A stretch of DNA of 64,000 nucleotides from contig DAOUDM010000019.1 in the NCBI GenBank assembly GCA_034431095.1, forward strand, positions 13,653 through 77,652, read 5' to 3'. Both the position numbers and the translations under genes were made by a program. Positions 41,706 to 49,243 of this stretch are shown piece after piece. The stretch's first letter is position 1. Each line of letters starts with the position of its first letter. The DNA comes from Dehalococcoidales bacterium (GTDB lineage: Bacteria; Chloroflexota; Dehalococcoidia; Dehalococcoidales; W693). The notes under the pieces are model-generated. The model had not been told where the DNA came from, did no database searches, and saw only the letters and a list, made by a program, of their open reading frames with translations.

Positions 41706-42086
41706 ATTTACGCTGTTGTTGAAACCGGTGGCAAGCAGTATAAAGTAGCCCCCGGTCAGACCATAGATGTCGAGCGCCTGGGGGTAGCCGAGGGCGATAC
41801 CGTCGAGCTGGACAGGGTATTGCTTATTGCCGACGGCGATAGTGTAACGGTAGGCAAGCCCACCATTCCCGGGGCTAAGGTAGTGGCTACTGTAAAGGGA
41901 GAGGGCAAGGGCGATAAGGTTATCGTCTTCAAGTACAAGCCCAAGGTACGTTACCGTAAGAAGACAGGTCATCGTCAGTTCTACACCAGGCTGTCCATTG
42001 ATAAGATAAGCCAGCCGGGGGATCAAGGAGAGAAGCCCAAGAAACCCCGGCGGAGTAAGAAAGAGGTAACCGAAGGTGGCGCATAA
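41706..42086 (+). CDS. rplU: 50S ribosomal protein L21 (apparent ATT start codon)
   Basis: The conserved N-terminus (I/M)[13 protein letters not shown] is encoded from ATT 41706. An in-frame TGA lies at 41691, and no ATG/GTG/TTG occurs before ATG 41820. A GGAGG SD at 41695-41699 sits 6 nt upstream of the ATT. Confidence 0.8.
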   Translation: MYAVVETGGKQYKVAPGQTIDVERLGVAEGDTVELDRVLLIADGDSVTVGKPTIPGAKVVATVKGEGKGDKVIVFKYKPKVRYRKKTGHRQFYTRLSIDKISQPGDQGEKPKKPRRSKKEVTEGGA

Positions 42087-42330
42087 GAAGGGTGGCGGCT
42101 CGACACGATATGGCCGCGATAGCAATGCCAAGCGGCTCGGGGTAAAGAGATACGCCGGGCAGAGGGTAAATGCCGGAACCATCCTGGTGCGGCAGCGGGG
42201 GACATATATCCACGCGGGTAACAATGTCGGTGTCGGCAGGGACCATACCCTCTTCGCCCTTATTGACGGCGTCGTCAAGTTCGAGCCAGCGACCAAGAAC
42301 AGGAGGAAGGTCAGCATCTGTGCTGGCTAA
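42076..42330 (+). CDS. rpmA: 50S ribosomal protein L27
   Basis: 84-aa ORF beginning MAHKKGGGS. Confidence 0.95.
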   Translation: MAHKKGGGSTRYGRDSNAKRLGVKRYAGQRVNAGTILVRQRGTYIHAGNNVGVGRDHTLFALIDGVVKFEPATKNRRKVSICAG

Positions 42331-42335
42331 AGGCT

Positions 42336-42542
42336 GTGAAGGATAAGATTCATCCCAAATACTATAACGATGCCAGTGTAGTCTGTTCCTGTGGTAACAC
42401 CATTACCATTGGTTCGACCAAAAAAATGATGAAGGTCGAGCTGTGCAGTGCCTGTCATCCGTTCTTTACCGGCGAGCGCCGGATGGTGGATACCGCCGGG
42501 CGCGTGGAGCGGTTCAGGCGACGCTACAAGATAAAGGACTGA
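42336..42542 (+). CDS. rpmE: 50S ribosomal protein L31 (zinc-binding type)
   Basis: 68-aa ORF with a GTG start, IHPKY, and CSCG...CSACHPF. Confidence 0.9.
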   Translation: MKDKIHPKYYNDASVVCSCGNTITIGSTKKMMKVELCSACHPFFTGERRMVDTAGRVERFRRRYKIKD

Positions 42543-42568
42543 GAGGTTATACGGTTGGCCGAAAGCGG

Positions 42569-42598
42569 GGAGCGGGCTTGACTGACCGCTCCTTTTTT
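42569..42598 (+). terminator. intrinsic terminator after rpmE
   Basis: GGAGCGG-N10-CCGCTCC followed by TTTTTT. Confidence 0.75.
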
Positions 42599-42614
42599 GT
42601 TAGGAGCTTTTATT

Positions 42615-43517
42615 ATGGCGGGTAAACTCCATTATGGTGGACAGGCGGTTATGGAGGGGGTGATGATGCGCGGGCAGAAGACCGTAGCCACTGCGGTACG
42701 CCGCCCCAACGGCGAGCTGATTATTCAGAATAAACCTCTATCCTCCATCTATACCGGCCGGATGCGAAAAGCCCCGTTTATACGGGGTGTTATCGTCCTG
42801 CTGGAATCGATGGTGCTCGGCATCGGCAGCCTGATATACTCGGCTAATGTGGCGCTGGAAGAAGAGGAAGAGAAGATATCGGGCGGCTCGGTCTGGTTGA
42901 TGCTGCTGTTTTCACTGGTACTTGCCGTCGGTCTGTTCTTCCTGGCTCCCCTTTTCCTTACCAAGCTACTAGACCCCTATATCGGTTCGTCGCTGGTCTT
43001 TCACCTGATAGAGGGCGGGATACGGCTGGCTATCTTCCTGGGCTACCTGTGGCTGATGTCTTTGCTGCCCGATATAAAACGGGTCTTTGCCTATCACGGC
43101 GCCGAGCACAAGACGATTAACGCCTACGAAGACGGGGCGCCGCTGGAAGTAAAAGCAATCGGTAAATACAGCACCGCCCACGCCCGTTGTGGCACCGCTT
43201 TCCTGCTGGCGGTGCTGATTATAGCCATCCTCGTTTTTGCCCTCGTTGGCCGCCAGGAGGTATGGCTGATGGTGCTGTCACGGGTTCTCCTGCTGCCGGT
43301 TATAGCTTCTCTGGGCTACGAGGTAACCCAGTTCGGTGCCAGGCATTTGAAAAATGGCTTCGTCCGGGCGATGATGGCTCCGGGGCTATGGTTGCAGAAA
43401 CTGACTACGCGTGAGCCGGATGACAGACAGGTAGAGGTCGCTATCGCCGCCCTGGAATCGGTGCTAGCCAGCGACCGGGAAGCGGCTCAAGCGGTGTCTT
43501 CCCCGGACAACCTCTGA
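42615..43517 (+). CDS. DUF1385 (YqhQ-like) membrane protein
   Basis: Has the [15 protein letters not shown]-terminus and HGAEHK motif. ATG 42615 has an AGGAG SD 8 nt upstream. Confidence 0.8.
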   Translation: MAGKLHYGGQAVMEGVMMRGQKTVATAVRRPNGELIIQNKPLSSIYTGRMRKAPFIRGVIVLLESMVLGIGSLIYSANVALEEEEEKISGGSVWLMLLFSLVLAVGLFFLAPLFLTKLLDPYIGSSLVFHLIEGGIRLAIFLGYLWLMSLLPDIKRVFAYHGAEHKTINAYEDGAPLEVKAIGKYSTAHARCGTAFLLAVLIIAILVFALVGRQEVWLMVLSRVLLLPVIASLGYEVTQFGARHLKNGFVRAMMAPGLWLQKLTTREPDDRQVEVAIAALESVLASDREAAQAVSSPDNL

Positions 43518-43807
43518 AAGAAGCAGCTTCTTTCGCCGGTGTGGCAGGTCGGGCCCAGTGGTTTTGCCTTGACCAGGATGGCATCGCCATCGCAGTCCCG
43601 CCATAGCTCTCTTACCATCAGGCGGTTGCCCGAGGTAGCCCCCTTGTGCCACAGCTCCTGACGGCTGCGGCTGTAAAACCAGACCTCGCCGCTGGACAGA
43701 GTGCGCTCTATGGACTCCCGGTTCATATAGCCCAGCATCAGCACCTCGCCGGTATCGGCGTCCTGGACTATAGCCGGTATGAGCCCCTTTTCGTTAAACT
43801 TTAGATT
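43487..43807 (-). CDS. hisI: phosphoribosyl-AMP cyclohydrolase (start codon unresolved)
   Basis: HisI motifs are present ([31 protein letters not shown]). The frame is open only from 43807. The first canonical start, GTG 43744, would remove the conserved GLIPAIVQD strand. In-frame ATG-GGG-TTA-TTG-TAA lies immediately upstream (43822-43808). Confidence 0.75.
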   Translation of the reverse strand, partial: NLKFNEKGLIPAIVQDADTGEVLMLGYMNRESIERTLSSGEVWFYSRSRQELWHKGATSGNRLMVRELWRDCDGDAILVKAKPLGPTCHTGERSCFFQRLSGEDTA

Positions 43808-43810
43808 TTA

Positions 43811-44055
43811 CAATAACCCCATCCCTCTATTTATTTTGTTAATCTCTCCCCCTTAATCCCCCTCTCTTTAATAAAGAGAGGGGGAAGAGGATTAGAGGGG
43901 CTTCGCTCCTCTAAAACACCCTGTAATACTTTAAGATTTTGTATCTCTTAGACACCCTGTAATATATTTATAGGTTTCACCTCTTTTAAACACTCCTTTT
44001 ATCCCCCCTTCCTTTGGCAAAGGAAGGGGGTCAGGGGGATGGATTTTCCCAGCTT
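43811..44055. repeat. intergenic hairpin-repeat cluster C3 between hisA and hisI
   Basis: Contains an M2-tail complement (AACCCCATCCC), an M3 hairpin (TCCCCCTCTCT-TTAATAA-AGAGAGGGGGA), a degenerate M1 (GAGGGGCTTCGCTCCTC) and an M2 variant. That variant reads CCCCCTTCCTTT-GGC-AAAGGAAGGGGG with tail TCAGGGGGATGG. Confidence 0.85.
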
Positions 44056-44063
44056 TCTCTCTC

Positions 44064-44777
44064 CTAGCTAACGGTGTCCAGTGCCTGTTTTAGATTGATG
44101 TCTCCGGTATAGAGCGCCTTGCCCAGTATGGCGCCGGCGGCGCCGAGCTTCTTCAATACCTTGAGGTGAATCAGGGACGAGATGCCGCCGGAGGCGATAA
44201 CGGGAAACTTGGTTGAGTCAATCAGCTCAAAGATAGCGCAGAAGTTGGGCTCGGTCAGGGTGCCGTCACGGCCGATATCGGTATAGATGAAACGCTTCGC
44301 CCCGAGCTTTACCATAGAGTGGACGAACTCCACCACCCCCAGCTCTGTATCCTGCTGCCAGCCGTGGGTTGCCAGACAGCCCTCTCTGGCATCGATGCTG
44401 ATTAAGACGGACTTGTTGAAGCGGCGGCAGGCTTCTTTAACCATCTCTGGGTCTTCTACCGCCGACGTGCCCAGAATGACACGGTCAACCCCTGCTTTGA
44501 ATAGCTTCTCAATCGTCTTTATATCACGGATGCCGCCGCCTACCTGGATGGGAATTAGCAGTGAGTCGGCTATCTCCGTGATGATGTTCAGGTTCTGGAG
44601 ATTGCCGCTGGCGGCGCCATCGAGGTCGACGATATGCAGTCTCATCGCCCCCAGCGACTGCCACTTCATAGCCGTGCCCACCGGGTCGTTGGAGAACACC
44701 GTCTCCATACCGTAGTCGCCCTGATACAGGCGGACGCACCTGCCATCTCTCAGGTCTATAGCCGGAATAACTTCCAT
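44064..44777 (-). CDS. hisA: 1-(5-phosphoribosyl)-5-[(5-phosphoribosylamino)methylideneamino]imidazole-4-carboxamide isomerase
   Basis: 237-aa ORF with MEVIPAIDL.DG.CVRL.QGD and the (beta/alpha)8 HisA pattern. Confidence 0.9.
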   Translation of the reverse strand: MEVIPAIDLRDGRCVRLYQGDYGMETVFSNDPVGTAMKWQSLGAMRLHIVDLDGAASGNLQNLNIITEIADSLLIPIQVGGGIRDIKTIEKLFKAGVDRVILGTSAVEDPEMVKEACRRFNKSVLISIDAREGCLATHGWQQDTELGVVEFVHSMVKLGAKRFIYTDIGRDGTLTEPNFCAIFELIDSTKFPVIASGGISSLIHLKVLKKLGAAGAILGKALYTGDINLKQALDTVS

Positions 44778-44869
44778 TTTAGTCTACTGCTTCCTGTTTT
44801 GCTTAGGGGTAATCATTATAACACCTCTGCTGATGACTAACAATAATAAAAACTAGGTGTATACCTTTG

Positions 44870-45253
44870 TCAGTCGCTGGAGCGGACAGTAAGCACGGTG
44901 CTGACCTGCTTGACTACGGTAACTTCCTCGCCGACGTCTATCCTGCTTCCCGTCGACTTCGCCCGCCACAGCTCGCCACCGATTTTGATCAGGCCATCCG
45001 GGTCTAGAGGGTGGACCACCTTGCCTTTCATACCAATCATAGCCTCCGGGCCAACCATCGGCTTTACTCTCAGGGCATGACTGCCCGCCCGGTAGACGAT
45101 AACCGCTACGACCGCCCATCCTATCATCAGGACTATGAGGACGGCTAGAGGGAGCCGGATACCCAGCTCGGGTAAGCCGACCAGCACCACCACCGCCAGG
45201 GCTGTTTCCTCCAGCAGGGTGCTCAATATAGCCAGTATAAGTCTACCGCTCAT
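44870..45253 (-). CDS. NfeD-family membrane protein (OB-fold C-terminus)
   Basis: Two or three TM helices are followed by G..G.V......G.I...GE.W.A. The start is ATG 45253, or 45313 in the longer ORF. Confidence 0.7.
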   Translation of the reverse strand: MSGRLILAILSTLLEETALAVVVLVGLPELGIRLPLAVLIVLMIGWAVVAVIVYRAGSHALRVKPMVGPEAMIGMKGKVVHPLDPDGLIKIGGELWRAKSTGSRIDVGEEVTVVKQVSTVLTVRSSD

Positions 45254-45299
45254 CCTATCGCCCGGATTATCTCTCCCCAGATTATAGCACGAAGCTCTG

Positions 45300-45329
45300 T
45301 TGCCGATGGTCAAATGCGGGTGCTATAAT
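45300..45329 (+). promoter_or_regulatory. candidate promoter for gatC
   Basis: TTGCCG (45300-45305), N18, TATAAT (45324-45329), with TGC immediately upstream (extended -10). Confidence 0.5.
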
Positions 45330-45359
45330 AGCGATGCGGAAAATAGATATGGAGCAACG

Positions 45360-45647
45360 ATGAAACTAAGCCGCGAGGAAATACTGCATATCGCCCGCCT
45401 GGCACGGCTGGGCATGACCGATGATGAAGTGGACAGGATGAGCGAGCAGTTATCCCACATACTAGAGAACTTCGAGGTGTTACAGCAGGTAGATACCGCT
45501 GGTGTTCCGCCTACGGCACAACCCAATACGTTGCAAAATGTATTAAAGGCAGACGAAGCAAGACCTTCACTACCGCAGGGCGAGGTGCTGGCTAACGCCC
45601 CCTGCAGGGAAGGGGACTTCTTTAGAGTGAGGGCTGTACTGGAATAG
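45360..45647 (+). CDS. gatC: Asp-tRNA(Asn)/Glu-tRNA(Gln) amidotransferase subunit C
   Basis: MKLSREEILHIARLARL starts at ATG 45360, with a GGAG SD 5 nt upstream. Confidence 0.9.
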   Translation: MKLSREEILHIARLARLGMTDDEVDRMSEQLSHILENFEVLQQVDTAGVPPTAQPNTLQNVLKADEARPSLPQGEVLANAPCREGDFFRVRAVLE

Positions 45648-45657
45648 AGGAGATTGG

Positions 45658-46362
45658 GTGGTGGTTAAGCCAAAGTGGTTGGCTGGTCTGGCGCTTCTGC
45701 TTCTGGCTATAAAGTCGGCCTGCAGTTCGGCTGATAGTGAGATATTGATGACCGAGAACGGCGTTACCATAATACTGCCCGAGCCGAAATATGACGGCGA
45801 TGCCCCTGTAGAAGAGGCTCTGCTTAAAAGAAGGTCAGTCAGGGAATACAGCGGCCAGGCTTTGACCCTTCAGGAATTAACCCAGCTCCTCTGGGCAGCC
45901 CAGGGAATCACCGACAAAAGAGGCCTCAGGACAGCGCCCTCAGCGGGGGCTACCTATCCTCTTGAGGTATATGCCGTTGTGGGTGATGTGAAGGGTGTTG
46001 CCGAGGGAATCTACCGCTATAAGCCGCAAGAGCATCAGCTGCTGAGGGTGGTTTCGGGTGAGTGGAGAGAGGCTCTGGCGCGAGCGGTTTTAGACCAGCA
46101 GTGGGTGACCCAGGGGGCGGTAAATATCGTGATTACCGCTATCTACGAAAGGACAACGGGGCATTACGGTAAAAGGGGAGTCCGCTACGTCGATATGGAA
46201 GCGGGACACGCCGCCCAGGATGTCTATCTCCAGGCGGTTGCTCTGAACCTAGGTACAGTGGCCATCGGAGCCTTTCATGACAACCAGGTGGCCGAGATAC
46301 TGGAGCTACCCGATAACGAGATACCCCTTTACATAATGCCAGTAGGCAGGATAACAGATTGA
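45658..46362 (+). CDS. SagB/ThcOx-type nitroreductase-family protein with N-terminal signal/anchor sequence
   Basis: 234-aa ORF with a GTG start and a hydrophobic N-terminus ([16 protein letters not shown]). The SagB-type pattern is present ([39 protein letters not shown]). Confidence 0.75.
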   Translation: MVVKPKWLAGLALLLLAIKSACSSADSEILMTENGVTIILPEPKYDGDAPVEEALLKRRSVREYSGQALTLQELTQLLWAAQGITDKRGLRTAPSAGATYPLEVYAVVGDVKGVAEGIYRYKPQEHQLLRVVSGEWREALARAVLDQQWVTQGAVNIVITAIYERTTGHYGKRGVRYVDMEAGHAAQDVYLQAVALNLGTVAIGAFHDNQVAEILELPDNEIPLYIMPVGRITD

Positions 46363-46372
46363 GGAGTGCAAG

Positions 46373-47833
46373 TTGATAGAAGATAGACGGTTGACTATAC
46401 ACGAAGCGTATCAGCTTCTAAAGACGAAACAGGTGTCGTCGGTTGAGCTGACAAAGGCATCGCTGGAGAGAATAAGAACGCTGGAACCCGATGTCAAAGC
46501 CATCGTCACCGTTACCGAGGGGCTTGCCCTCAAGCAGGCTCGTAGCGCTGATGACAGGCTCGCTTCTGGCAACGGCAGCCCTCTCAACGGCATTCCGGTA
46601 TTGATAAAGGACGTTATTTGCACCCGGGGGGTGAAGACCACCTGCTCGTCAAGGATGCTGGAGAACTTCATACCCCCCTACGACGCTGCGGTAATGGAGA
46701 GGCTGAATGACTGCGGCGCCGTGGTTGTCGGTAAGACCAATATGGACGAGTTCGCTATGGGCTCGTCCACCGAGAACTCGGCCTTCTTTACCACCCGCAA
46801 TCCATGGGATTTAGAGCGTGTCCCCGGTGGCTCCAGCGGCGGCTCGGCGGCGGCGGTAGCCGCCGGTGAAGCTATCTATGCCTTGGGCTCCGATACCGGC
46901 GGCAGTATCCGCCAGCCGGCCAGCTTCTGCAGTGTCACCGGTCTGAAACCCACCTACGGGCGGGTCAGCCGCTACGGGCTAGTCGCCTTCGCCAGCTCTC
47001 TCGACCAGATTGGGCCGCTTACCCGGGACGTTACCGATGCCGCCCTGGTGCTGAACGCCATCGCCGGCTATGATACGAGAGACTCCACCTCGGTGGATAT
47101 GCCAGTCCCAGATTATACCAAGTGTCTCACCGGTGATATAAAGGGACTGCGTCTCGGTGTCCCCAGGGAATACTTTGTCGAGGGGATACAGCCGGGGGTA
47201 GCCGATGCCGTTAATAACGCCATCGCCAAACTTGAAGGGCTAGGGGCGAACGTAGACCGGGAGGTATCCCTGCCCCACACCCCCTATGCCCTGGCGGTGT
47301 ATTACATCATCGCCCCGTCCGAAGCCTCGGCTAACCTGGCTCGCTACGACGGCGTCAAATACGGCTATTCCTACCAGGATGCCGATAGTATGTGGGAGGC
47401 GATGGAAAAGACGAGGCAGTACGGCTTCGGCGCCGAGGTCAAGAGACGCATAATGCTGGGCACCTACGCCCTGTCCGCCGGCTACTACGACGCCTGGTAT
47501 CTCAAGGCGCAGAAGGTGCGCACCTTGATTCGGCGGGAGTTCGACGCCGCCTTTGAGAAATACGACGCCCTGATAACCCCCACCTCGCCCACCGTCCCCT
47601 TCAAGATTGGGGAGAAGACTGACGACCCATTGCAGATGTACCTTTCTGATGTCTGCACCCTGCCGGTGAACATCGCCGGGCTGCCGGCAATCTCCATCCC
47701 GGCGGGATTTGCCGACGGACTGCCGGTGGGCTTGCAGATTATCGCCAAGCCCTTCGCCGAGGAGACCATCCTCAAAATCGCCCACGCCTTTCAGCAGGCG
47801 ACAGACTGGCATAAACGGAGGGCTGGGATTTAG
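46373..47833 (+). CDS. gatA: Asp-tRNA(Asn)/Glu-tRNA(Gln) amidotransferase subunit A
   Basis: 486-aa ORF with the amidase signature ([24 protein letters not shown]). Confidence 0.95.
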   Translation: MIEDRRLTIHEAYQLLKTKQVSSVELTKASLERIRTLEPDVKAIVTVTEGLALKQARSADDRLASGNGSPLNGIPVLIKDVICTRGVKTTCSSRMLENFIPPYDAAVMERLNDCGAVVVGKTNMDEFAMGSSTENSAFFTTRNPWDLERVPGGSSGGSAAAVAAGEAIYALGSDTGGSIRQPASFCSVTGLKPTYGRVSRYGLVAFASSLDQIGPLTRDVTDAALVLNAIAGYDTRDSTSVDMPVPDYTKCLTGDIKGLRLGVPREYFVEGIQPGVADAVNNAIAKLEGLGANVDREVSLPHTPYALAVYYIIAPSEASANLARYDGVKYGYSYQDADSMWEAMEKTRQYGFGAEVKRRIMLGTYALSAGYYDAWYLKAQKVRTLIRREFDAAFEKYDALITPTSPTVPFKIGEKTDDPLQMYLSDVCTLPVNIAGLPAISIPAGFADGLPVGLQIIAKPFAEETILKIAHAFQQATDWHKRRAGI

Positions 47834-47848
47834 GGTAAGGAGGTTGTT

Positions 47849-48277
47849 ATGGGATTATCAAATAAAGAGTCTGAGGCCAAACCATCTCAAGTTACTGATG
47901 TGTATTGGATTCATGCTGATAGAAGGAAAGGTAGCTATCCAATGCCTACCTCAAGAAATGGAAAATGGCTTATATTTGTAAAGGATAGAGACATAGATGA
48001 AGTATGGGATAAAATTAGAAAGGCTACAGAGGATGGTAAGTTAGGTAGTGGTGCGAAGGTAGCAACGGCTAAGCCTAGTCTACTAGGAGAATCGGGCACG
48101 AAGGTTATTTGTGTTTATACTTATGATTGGACAGACGAAAAAGATGTAAAGAGAGTTCGTGAAGAGCTTAAAAAACTTGGCATAACCAATAAGATACCTT
48201 ATAAATCGGATGAAGATACGCTAAGTGGGAAGTATATAGCAACTGGACACACAAGAATTAGTAAGTACTATGAATGA
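47849..48277 (+). CDS. AT-rich hypothetical protein (tentatively DUF1917/Bles03-like fold)
   Basis: 142-aa ORF with a GGAGG SD upstream. The pattern GKWLIF....IDEVW.KI..A...G.LG..AKV.T......VICVYT.DW.D..DV.RV...L resembles that family from memory only. Confidence 0.55.
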   Translation: MGLSNKESEAKPSQVTDVYWIHADRRKGSYPMPTSRNGKWLIFVKDRDIDEVWDKIRKATEDGKLGSGAKVATAKPSLLGESGTKVICVYTYDWTDEKDVKRVREELKKLGITNKIPYKSDEDTLSGKYIATGHTRISKYYE

Positions 48278-48289
48278 TTGTCTGCTCAT

Positions 48290-48507
48290 TTAGGGAGTCT
48301 AAGAGAGGCGAAGCCTCTCTTAGACTCCCTTCCCCCTCCCTTATCAAGGGAGGGGGATACAGGGGGAGGGTTGTATTGAAAATCAAAGGGGAGTGGATGG
48401 GGAAGGCTCTTATAATAGAACTCTTTCTTTCCCACCCAAGCCCGCCCTCGTCAGCTTCTTTAAAATATCGGGGGGGTAGCCCCACCGCCCCTTAAGGAAG
48501 GATAGGG
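48290..48507. repeat. intergenic hairpin-repeat cluster C4
   Basis: Contains a 17-bp perfect hairpin GGGAGTCTAAGAGAGGC-GAA-GCCTCTCTTAGACTCCC (48293-48329) and an M2 variant TCCCCCTCCCTT-ATCA-AAGGGAGGGGGA with tail TACAGGGGGAGGGTTG. M6 complements (TTTCCCACCC, CCCCACCGCCCCTTAAGGAAGG) follow, and the cluster ends in GGATAGGGTTG. Confidence 0.85.
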
Positions 48508-48735
48508 TTGGATGATATAAAAGTAAGGTGCTATTCCGGCTATACCTATGCCGAAAGACCCGTTTCTTTTACCTGGCAGAGGGTAGATTACGAGGTCGAA
48601 AGCATAGAGAAAGAGTGGCGGGGAGAGGGGGTAAAATGTTTCCTGGTCAGGACAGGGGATAACAAACGCCTCCAACTCTGCTATAATGAAGCCCAAGATA
48701 ACTGGTCTATAACAGAGCCAGCTAAGGAGCAGTGA
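48508..48735 (+). CDS. small hypothetical protein upstream of the Lrp-family regulator
   Basis: 75-aa ORF whose TTG start is the last 3 nt of the repeat tail GGATAGGGTTG. Its stop lies 1 nt before the next gene. The composition looks coding-like. Confidence 0.5.
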   Translation: MDDIKVRCYSGYTYAERPVSFTWQRVDYEVESIEKEWRGEGVKCFLVRTGDNKRLQLCYNEAQDNWSITEPAKEQ

Positions 48736-48736
48736 G

Positions 48737-49219
48737 ATGCTAAAGGAAATACTTAAGATACTGGAAGATAATGCCTGCACCACCACCAAACAGCTCGCCA
48801 CCATGACCGGCAGCTCTGAAGGCGAGGTCAAAAGCCTCATCAAGAAGGCGGAAGAAGAGAAGGTTATCCTGAAGTACAAGACGCTGGTCAACTGGGACAA
48901 GGTGGGCGACGAGCACGTCTGGGCGTTGATAGAGGTCAAGATTACCCCCCAGCGGGATGTCGGCTTCGACTCCATCGCCGAGCGTATCTACCGCTTCCCC
49001 CAGGCGCGCACCGTCTATCTGGTATCGGGGACCTATGACCTGGCAGTATTGATTATGGGTAAGTCCATGCACGAGATAGCCGACTTCGTCACCCAGAAAG
49101 TCGCCCCCATCGAGGGGGTGCGGGGGACGACCACTCACTTCCTGCTCAAGCGCTACAAAGAGGATGGCGAGATACTGGAGGGCGGGGAGGGCAACAAGAG
49201 GCAACCGGTGGTGCTCTAA
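48737..49219 (+). CDS. Lrp/AsnC family transcriptional regulator
   Basis: 160-aa ORF with an N-terminal HTH (ILKILEDNA..T.KQLA..TG.S...V) and a C-terminal RAM/ACT-like domain. Confidence 0.85.
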   Translation: MLKEILKILEDNACTTTKQLATMTGSSEGEVKSLIKKAEEEKVILKYKTLVNWDKVGDEHVWALIEVKITPQRDVGFDSIAERIYRFPQARTVYLVSGTYDLAVLIMGKSMHEIADFVTQKVAPIEGVRGTTTHFLLKRYKEDGEILEGGEGNKRQPVVL

Positions 49220-49243
49220 TACTCTTGCCGTTGAGAGATTGTT

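Noticed and set aside
41655-42317. 220-aa ORF antisense to rplU/rpmA
   Set aside because: It is a shadow ORF opposite two ribosomal protein genes.
44853-45119. 88-aa minus-strand ORF overlapping the NfeD-like gene in another frame
   Set aside because: It is an out-of-frame overlap with a better-supported ORF. Its translation is Gly/Arg/Pro-rich and looks spurious.
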